DNA of 40,560 nt from Nemertoderma westbladi (Eukaryota; Animalia; Xenacoelomorpha): positions 1 through 40,560 of the forward strand of contig JAUCBJ010003643.1 in the NCBI GenBank assembly GCA_032718475.1, read 5' to 3'. The notes beneath the pieces are model-generated. The model did no database searches and was not told where the DNA came from. It saw only the letters and a list, made by a program, of their open reading frames with translations. This document shows, piece by piece, positions 31,877 to 40,560 of the stretch; the first letter of the stretch is position 1; each line of letters opens with the position of its first letter. Made by a program: the position numbers and the translations under genes.

Positions 31877-32057
31877 AATATTTATATAAGATATATATAT
31901 ATAATGTCAATATTATAATGTCAATCAATATATACAATAGTATAATTGTAAATATATAGACCTATTTACTAACTGCAAAATACACTATTATTATTACTGG
32001 TACTGTATAAAAATCGATGAGTGGGAATGGACTGATATCGAGAGAAAATTAATTTAT

Positions 32058-34595
32058 TCAGAAATTGTCAAATCGATACCGAACAACAAAAGAGTCAAAG
32101 TATGTGGATACACGAAGTTCAGAAGTTTCATCTAGTTCTGAATACCACAAGAACAAGTGAGTGGGAATTGAAGGTTCATCTATGACGTAACATCCGATAT
32201 GGGGAATGTAGGCCTTTGTTAATAATTGTTTGCACATAATAAGGCAGTCTATTCCAACTTCAAATAAGTATAAATCGCTGACCAGAACAAAACTTGGCAG
32301 ATTGCTAGAATTCGATTTATTTGGTACCAGTAGTACACTTTTATGTGCAACTAAACTATTACCCGCGTGTGAAATTTTTGAATAGCGTTCAAATCTATTG
32401 TCTCCAACAAAAGATAATTTGGTATGTTTATTTGAGCCAGATATGCGTGCATACAAAAACCCTGAATCATTTACCGTAAGGAAATAAGCAACATTTTCTT
32501 GATGGCGATTGGACAAATACATCGGAATGTTTTTGAAATTCTTTTGAATTTTAACCCATTTCTTGAGAATGGAATGCTGACCTTCAAAACGCATTGCCCA
32601 GTGACACCTCGGGGGGCCAAAATTGCGTATGTCTTGGACAATGTGCATCATGTAATGCAGTTTTGGAAATTCTTTTTCATATAATGTAAAATAACTCTTA
32701 CAATGCGTTTCTATTAACCACTCTAAAATGACCAGATTGGATGAACTGATAGTTTTAGATAAACATATTTCCATTATTTCATAAAGCTTCATAAAGCAGA
32801 GCCATTTGCTATCATCCTCTTTAAACAAGTCTCCTAAAACCACAGGAAGAGCTTTCATCAATATTAGCATTTGGACTGCTGTTTGTCGCAAAGAATAAAG
32901 ATCACTGGATTGCAGTTTGGCAACATCAATTCTACAAGGTATATCATTTTTTTCAACTTCAGAAAAATTATATGAAAAAATACGACAATTCAACTCTCTA
33001 ATGGATAACAATCCCCGCTCACAAACTGCATATTTCATCAACTGCTTTACTTCAGCAGCAACAACACCCTCAAGCATATCATGATGGAAATCATGAATGA
33101 TACAGCGTGTCATATCGAAATAAGGCATATCATATAATGGGCTTGGACCATTCAGACCAAAGGTAATTGAATTTGCCTTGCGTGTACTGGGTGGCAATGA
33201 AGGATCAATCACTGCATTTAGCTGCTCTTCATAATCAGCAGGTGTTCTCAATTGTAATGATTCAGTGTCAAAATATTTGGAAATTTCACCCTTGTGAACA
33301 GTGCAGCTTCGGCAAAAAGATATGGCTGCAGCGCTTTCTTTGAATCCTGCAACTAAAGCTGCAGCGGGGTTATCAGCCACAAAGCAGAGCAAAGCCCCAT
33401 AATAGATCTTACTATCAACGAAATAGCCTTGCTGCAAAACTATCATCGCATGCTTAAAATCTGATAAAATTTCAAAAATGTGGTCCCGCAAATCATATGT
33501 GTAGCACAATGCAGCAACGAAAACACATTGAAGTTTCGCCCTGTATTTCGGTCTCAAGTTTGATATTGTCCAATAAAATGCTCATATTTTATGAAATTTT
33601 GCATATGAACCAATAGGATTTGCAATTTCCATGTCATCAAAATACAACTGGAATTCTAAAAAAAAATTATCGTCATTTTCATTCAGGCAGAGTTGGAAAA
33701 GTGGATGATTCCTATAAAATTCCCCATCGCATACATACTGGTAATTTCTATCAGGCAATGGGAATTCTGCGGCTGCTGCAGCTGTGTACTTTTTCCGCAA
33801 TAATAATTCATTAAGTACTTCATTGTTTCTTAGCAGTTCTTTCAACTGAATTAGTAAAGGAACATAAGAGTAGCTTGATCCATTCGAAAGCCTAACCGGA
33901 ACAGCATCAACCATCCCACAATAATCAACATAAAATTTATGACGTTGAGATGTGGTGGACAGATTACAGAATAATCGATCAGCATCACCATAACCTCGAT
34001 CAGCTAAAAGTGTCTTAATATCATTGACAACATTTGTAAGGGCAGACTCAGTTATATCATTGTTATGTTTAGCTTTTAGTAAAAACTTTGCATCTAACAT
34101 AGAGCTATTAATATTATCACTGTTAGTGACATCCAATGAACTACTGGCACAACTGGGCAACATGGGAAGTTCAACACCTCCAGGATAATTGAAGTTCAAG
34201 TTACAGATATTTGAAGGATCCAAAGAGTCACCATCATTTTGTACAGGTAAATCTTCTGGAAAAAGTGGCATTGGTACAGTAGGAGTGCCGGTAGGCCCAG
34301 GCGTTGGTACTGGTTGAGGTAAGCGCACAAAGGGAGAACTGATGAATTTGTATATATTCTTAACGCCAATTCCATGAACCCTAAACATATGAAAACGCAG
34401 GGTGTCATACGAAGTTATAGTTTTTAAACACTTATGGCCTATATAGGTGGAGTTTTGAGCTAAACACATAACAGTAAATGATTTAGCATATTTATGATTA
34501 GTTAAGTATACATTCATAGCCGTGGTATACTCATTGTTGCAATCACTGGTATTTATATTATGTTCACTTGTGCTGCTCGTAACCATGGGTTCCAT
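32058..34595 (-). pseudogene. EnSpm/CACTA transposase (Tnp2/TnpD-like DDE) split by one in-frame TGA at 33582-33584
   Basis: ORFs 33582-34619 and 32058-33557 are in the same frame (24 bp apart). Motifs YFDDMEIANPIGS, HKI*AFYWTISNL, ADNPAA..GFKES..FCRSC, HDFHHDMLEGV, PKLHY..H, GP..HWAMRFEGQH; N-terminal C2H2-like finger. Confidence 0.88.
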
Positions 34596-36767
34596 CTTTG
34601 CTAACAGCGCAACACCCAAATACCAACACTGGTTGAGATATCAAACTTTTAAAATTGCTTCCCAATAACCCCTCGACAGCAAACATAAACGATAACGTAA
34701 CAATACATAAAAAAAACCAGGGTTCCAGGACGAAGGTCGACTTTCCGAATGGGGATATACGGTACTGTAGGACCGTAGTAGATATATAGAGGGCTTACAT
34801 CCTACGCCTACTGAAGTACTCTAAGGAACCCGTAAGTCAGAAGTCTGAAGCATTCCGTACACTGGTTGACTGGTACAGACTGACTGTAGGTTAGTAGACT
34901 AGGTAGGCTACCGCTGTACCGGCTGACCGCCATTACTTCTGTACTTACCGGGTTACCTTACCATGCTTCGTGCAGCATGATAAATGTTGAAAATAACTGT
35001 TGAAACTGTTCACAGGCCTTCCCGCATCATGAGAAATACTGAAACATAAAACTGTTCAGATGCCTTCGGGCAGCACATACAGACATACAGGCATAGCCTG
35101 AATCCTGATAGCTGCATAGTGCTTAGTGACGCTTAGTGAGCTAATGCATAGTGAAATTTTTTATGGCTAATTATTTTTCTCATTAAATTCAGAAATTGCA
35201 CACTAAGTAAGTCCTAAAGCACAAGCACACCAAGTACCTAGCAAGTAGGACTGTAGGAGGCTTATTATTTCAGTATTTCTTACAGTCTTATCTATTGTCA
35301 TTACCCTGTTACCGGTAGTCGGCAGACTGCCAGGGGTAGGTCTACTTACCGGTACTGACTTAGTGCTGTAGGCTAGTGCAAGTCTGAGCCGTGCTATCAA
35401 TTTTCTGCGCCTGCGTATGTCGCGCCGCGCTCTAAATTTTCTGCAACTGCGCGCGGCGCTGCATGGCGCTGCGCTGCGCTCTCAATTTTCTGATTTTCTG
35501 CGCCAGCTCCAAATTCTGGAAAAAATTGTGCGCCGAACGCGTTCGGCGTACATGCCCTACTTAGCAGAATGGATGGTCGGTATCGGTACGGGTACGGTAC
35601 CAAACGCTGCAACGGCTGAACGGTACCGGTACTGGTAGGCTACAATCTGACAATGCCTTCAGCCATGTGTACTGCGTTTCACAACTTTAATCGTTTCCAG
35701 TTTCTGTTGTGAAATACGGTACCGGTACCGGTAAACAGGTAAAGCCTGAAAGCAGTAAAGCCAGTACAATATTAAGGCTGTAATGCTGTAAGGCCTGAAA
35801 GGTAGAGCAAATAGCCAGATAGCCTACAGGTGTACAGGCTGACAGTGACAGGACAGCTGTACAGGCTGACAGGCAAATAAATGAAGCAATGCACTATTTG
35901 TCATCAACCGATTATATACACATACAGTATACACTATAGTACTATAATTATGACACAAGTAGTTGGTTGACACCATCCACACAATCAAGAATTTCATACA
36001 TATGTCTTAAATATGTCTATATTATTAATAATCTTTAGTTTGTTTCGCTCATTTGGAATAAATTTTTCCTTTTTTAATTTACATAAAGTTAAATTAATTT
36101 CATAATCTGCAACCCCCACCCAGTCAAACACTGTATTTAGCAGCATTATCGTTGGTATCGTTAAATTTTAACATGTTAATGTTAATTGGATTTAAAAACT
36201 GTCAACTTATAAATTTGTAGGCATCAATTGGACTAAAAGCTGATGATCGGCATGCAGTTATCATGTCTACTGCTTAAGGGCGAAATGTCCGATTGGAAAC
36301 GTTCACCCATTTCCATGTTCTACCATTCGGACTGAAACTTAGCCTAAATGTACATAAAGGACCTCATCTGTAATTCTTTAGTGTGTTGCTAGAAGGCGTA
36401 ATGACTGAAACTGAAACCCACCACTTAGAATTATTATTTTTACAAATTAATAATAAACATGACTTTTTAGAAACCGACTGACCATTACAAATGTAAGAAG
36501 CAAAGATTAATAAAATTAAACACAGTTTTCTTCGGATATCTCAGAGAATATGAATAAAGTTGTGGTTTTTATATAAGAACTGTTTGTATTATATTTAAAA
36601 GCGCAGCTTATTTTATTTCATTTGATTGGGTAATAAATAACCGCAGTTTGTTATTTTAATGGTTCCCGAAACTGTGGTTATGTCAAGTATAACCGGTGTT
36701 TAATTTTATAACCTACGTTTTAAACCTAAGGTTAAATTTATAACCTCTGTTGCGTTTTTTCAGTGTA

Positions 36768-37000
36768 TACATACAAGCCCAATTTTCCTATTGTTTAAAA
36801 TACAAGTACAAGCACAAACGGCACTGGTTAAGAGATTAAAATTATCGGATAGCTCATCCTTGATGTTTAGTGTGGTATATGGTATACCGGATTTGATAGC
36901 GATTAAAGCACCACCATGTGAGGATACACCATCGGGTTTACCTGGTCTTTCTGCACGAACTAAGTTATATTAAATAGATGGATGATGTTGTTATATTTTG
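36768..37000 (-). mobile_element. fragment of a non-LTR retrotransposon (CR1/L2-type) APE endonuclease
   Basis: Minus frame YNLVRAERPGKPDGVSSHGGALIAIKSGIPY...NRKIGLVCI resembles the Y..R.DR....GGGVLIAV...IY motifs; it stops at the CACTA terminus. Confidence 0.55.
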
Positions 37001-37163
37001 GATTTTGTATTAATATTAATTATGGTTAGAATTAAAAAATTTTGTTTGAATAATATTTATTTGATAATTAAATAAATATTTAAAATTTCCCGGAATCCAT
37101 CTCAAACCTTTGTTGGGCGTCAGGGACTGATTGTTGGGTAACACCTAAACTCTATCTCCATAG

Positions 37164-37327
37164 CGAACTACTGCATCAACCCTCAGTACGAGATCTCATT
37201 GGTTGATTCAGAAGATGACGAAGACGAGCTGTGTTCATTGGTTGTCGCGTTGCTCCAGAAACACCGTAGATTAAAGCGCTACCAGGAAGGTATCCCCTAT
37301 TTGGCGATTGGCTTTCACATATACGAG
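37164..37327 (+). CDS. calpain-family domain III (CBSW/C2-like) exon: NYCINPQYEISLVDSEDDEDELCSLVVALLQKHRRLKRYQEGIPYLAIGFHIYE
   Basis: NPQY, acidic loop, ALxQKxRR and IGFxIY calpain III motifs; ccatag acceptor, gtttgt donor, phase 1-0. Confidence 0.9.
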
Positions 37328-37695
37328 GTTTGTTGGCCCCCTTGTATTGGTCTGTTTCTGTTTATTAAGTGATTCAGTGACCATTCTGGTTACTGTTTCA
37401 ACGCTTCGAGATACTGGTTGAGCCGCGCACAACGTATTTCCGTTCAGTTGTATCTCTTTGATTATTCTCCTCAAGGTTGTTGTTTTTGCTTGATACTTTT
37501 TTTGATGAACTTTGTGTTACTTCTGTTTCTCTACTTTGTAGTATTTATATATCTTTTATATATCTTTATTATCTGTATTGGGCGATCGATTATAACTTAT
37601 GTTTGTTGTGGTTGATAGTCCCCCCCCCCCCCCCCCCCCCCCCCCATACAGCGTATCCGAGGATACTGTAAGTTTCGTTTTTCCGTTTATTGTAG

Positions 37696-37816
37696 TTGGA
37701 TCCTTCGATTCAGTTGCCGGTTAACGAACGTTTCTTTGGGGAACATCAACCGGTGGCGCGGTGCTCCGCATATATGGAATCACGGGAGAATACGAGGAGA
37801 TTCAAACTGGCCCCGG
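37696..37816 (+). CDS. calpain domain III exon: LDPSIQLPVNERFFGEHQPVARCSAYMESRENTRRFKLAP(G)
   Basis: FF...PVARS..Y...RE...RF.L.PG motif; tgtag acceptor, gtaagt donor, phase 0-1. Confidence 0.9.
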
Positions 37817-40302
37817 GTAAGTTAAAACTGGCACCGGGTAAGGACAAACTGGCCCGGGTAAGTACAAACTGGCCCCGGGTAAGTACAAACTGGCCCCGGG
37901 TAAGTACAAACTGGCCCCGGGTAAGTACAAACTGGCCCCGGGTAAGTACAAACTGGCCCCGGGTAAGTACAAACTGGCCCCGGGTAAGTACAAACTGGCC
38001 CCGGGTAAGTACAAACTGGCCCCGGGTAAGGACAAACTGGCCCGGGTAAGTACAAACTGGCCCCGGGTAAGTACAAACTGGCACCGGGTAAGTACAAACT
38101 GGCCCCGGGTAAGTACAAACTGGCCCGGGTAAGTACAAACTGGCACCGGGTAAGTACAAACTGGCCCGGGTAAGGACAAACTGGCCGGGTAAGTACAAAC
38201 TGGCCCCGGGTAAGTACAAACTGGCCCCGGGTAAGTACAAACTGGCCCCGGGTAAGTACAAACTGGCCCCGGGTAAGTACAAACTGGCCCGGGTAAGTAC
38301 AAACTGGCCCGGGTAAGTACAAACTGGCCCCGGTAAGTACAAACTGGCCCCGGGTAAGTACAAACTGGCCCCGGGTAAGTACAAACTGGCCCCGGGTAAG
38401 TACAAACTGGCCCCGGGTAAGTACAAACTGGCACCGGGTAAGTACAAACTGGCCCCGGGTAAGTACAAACTGGCCCGGGTAAGTACAAACTGGCCCCGGG
38501 TAAGGACAAACTGGCGCCGGGTAAGTACAAACTGGCCCGGGTAAGTACAAACTGGCCCCGGGTAAGGACAAACTGGCGCCGGGTAAGTACAAACTGGCCC
38601 CGGGTAAGTACAAACTGGACCGGGTAAGTACAAACTGGCCCCGGGTAAGTACAAACTGGCCCGGGTAAGTACAAACTGGCCCCGGGTAAGTACAAACTGG
38701 ACCGGGTAAGTACAAACTGGCCCCGGGTAAGTACAAACTGGCCCGGGTAAGTACAAACTGGCCCCGGGTAAGTACAAACTGGCCCCGGGTAAGTACAAAC
38801 TGGCCCCGGGTAAGTACAAACTGGCCCCGGGTAAGGACAAACTGGCGCCGGGTAAGTACAAACTGGCCCCGGGTAAGTACAAACTGGCCCCGGGTAAGTA
38901 CAAACTGGCCCCGGGTAAGTACAAACTGGCCCCGGGTAAGTACAAACTGGCCCGGGTAAGTACAAACTGGCCCCGGGTAAGTACAAACTGGCCCGGGTAA
39001 GTACAAACTGGCCCCGGGTAAGTACAAACTGGCCCCGGGTAAGTACAAACTGGCACCGGGTAAGTACAAACTGGCCCCGGGTAAGGACAAACTGGCCCCG
39101 GGTAAGTACAAACTGGCCCGGGTAAGTACAAACTGGCCCGGTAAGTACAAACTGGCCCCGGGTAAGTACAAACTGGCCCGGGTAAGTACAAACTGGACCG
39201 GGTAAGTACAAACTGGCCCCGGGTAAGGACAAACTGGCCCGGGTAAGTACAAACTGGCCCCGGGTAAGTACAAACTGGCCCCGGGTAAGTACAAACTGGC
39301 CCCGGGTAAGTACAAACTGGCCCCGGGTAAGTACAAACTGGCCCCGGGTAAGGACAAACTGGCCCCGGGTAAGTACAAACTGGCCCCGGGTAAGTACAAA
39401 CTGGCCCCGGGTAAGTACAAACTGGCCCCGGGTAAGTACAAACTGGCCCCGGGTAAGTACAAACTGGCCCCGGGTAAGTACAAACTGGCCCCGGGTAAGT
39501 ACAAACTGGCCCCGGGTAAGTACAAACTGGCCCCGGGTAAGTACAAACTGGCCCCGGGTAAGTACAAACTGGCCCCGGGTAAGTACAAACTGGCCCCGGG
39601 TAAGTACAAACTGGCCCCGGGTAAGTACAAACTGGCCCCGGGTAAGTACAAACTGGCCCCGGGTAAGTACAAACTGGCCCCGGGTAAGTACAAACTGGCC
39701 CCGGGTAAGGACAAACTGGCCCCGGGTAAGTACAAACTGGCCCCGGGTAAGTACAAACTGGCCCCGGGTAAGTACAAACTGGCCCCGGGTAAGTACAAAC
39801 TGGCCCCGGGTAAGGACAAACTGGCCCCGGGTAAGTACAAACTGGCCCGGGTAAGTACAAACTGGCCCCGGGTAAGTACAAACTGGCCCCGGGTAAGTAC
39901 AAACTGGCCCCGGGTAAGTACAAACTGCCCCGGGTAAGTACAAACTGCCCGGTAAGACAAACTGGCCGGGTAAGTACAAACTGGCCCCGGGTAAGTACAA
40001 ACTGGCCCCGGGTAAGTACAAACTGGCCCCGGGTAAGTACAAACTGGCCCCGGGTAAGTACAAACTGGCCCCGGGTAAGTACAAACTGGCCCCGGGTAAG
40101 TACAAACTGGCCCCGGGTAAGTACAAACTGGCCCCGGGTAAGTACAAACTGGCCCCGGGTAAGTACAAACTGGCCCCGGGTAAGTACAAACTGGCCCCCG
40201 GGTAAGGACAAACTGGCGCCGGGTAAGTACAAACTGGACCGGGTAAGTACAAACTGGCACCGGGTAAATTAAAACTGGACCCGGGACAGTACTACAAACT
40301 GG
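37803..40302 (+). repeat. 21-bp minisatellite (~120 copies) = calpain exon 3' end + splice donor
   Basis: Unit caaactggccccgg|gtaagta; 20-bp variants lack one C; the first unit overlaps the exon. Confidence 0.97.
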
Positions 40303-40421
40303 TTCCTATTAAATTTAATATTATGTTTAATTGATTTTTTTTACATTTTTAATATTTTTATCCCCCCCCCCCCCAAGTATTTTCGCCACTGTTCCTTATT
40401 TAGTATCGGTTCCACCCCCAG

Positions 40422-40560
40422 GTCGTTACGTCATTATTCCTTCCACTTACGAAGAGGGGCCAGGAAGGCGAGTTCCTCCTTCGTCTGTTCTCGGAGAAGG
40501 AGTCTAGACTGAAGGAAGACGGACCACAACTGTACCCAGCCAATCCGGAGGCTACACCTG
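40422..40560 (+). CDS. calpain domain III C-terminal exon (runs off window): GRYVIIPSTYEEGQEGEFLLRLFSEKESRLKEDGPQLYPANPEATP
   Basis: GxYVIIPST...EGEFLLRxFSEK motif; cccccag acceptor, phase 1. Confidence 0.92.

Larger units (their letters stand above)
29533..36765 (-). mobile_element. CACTA/EnSpm (CMC superfamily) DNA transposon, full length, 7233 bp
   Basis: Termini CACTGAAAAAA / TTTTTTCAGTG with flanking TA|...|TA 2-bp TSD; AT-rich subterminal aaactgtg/cacagttt repeats at both ends; internal transposase plus a second ORF. Confidence 0.9.

Noticed and set aside
28956-37164. Single fused EGF/WSC-calpain gene
   Set aside because: Splice phases are incompatible, no bridging exon was found, and the domains are extracellular versus cytosolic.
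37746-40260. Three overlapping ~820-aa minus-strand ORFs
   Set aside because: The 21-bp unit has no stop in any minus frame, so all three frames are trivially open; frames swap at 1-bp indels.
10432-40302. Tandem arrays as CRISPR arrays
   Set aside because: No unique spacers, no cas genes, and the context is eukaryotic introns.

Overview
This is eukaryotic (probably invertebrate animal) DNA with AT-rich spliceosomal introns, not a prokaryotic window. On the + strand I can assemble 16 phase-compatible exons (9465-28956, about 800 aa; the 5' end lies outside the window). They encode an extracellular-type protein with many EGF-like Cys repeats, two WSC-like modules and the start of a Vps62/DUF946-like module. 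Three further + strand exons (37164-40560) encode calpain domain III. The mobile DNA comprises: the 3' end and ~1.2 kb LTR of an LTR element plus an inverted second copy of that LTR (1-4227); a 3'-truncated, decaying Ty3/Gypsy element (4228-9173, - strand); a tRNA-derived SINE with a 12-bp TSD; a LINE endonuclease fragment; several MITE-like pieces; and a complete 7.2 kb CACTA/EnSpm DNA transposon (29533-36765, CACTG ends, TA TSD). Two signals stand out. First, the second ORF of the CACTA element encodes a zinc-ribbon + PWWP chromatin-reader-like protein. Second, three unrelated minisatellite arrays (55, 48 and 21 bp units) are each tandem amplifications of an exon 3' end plus its 5' splice site, producing roughly 12, 75 and 120 duplicate donors. 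Domain calls are from motif recognition by eye; no database search was run.
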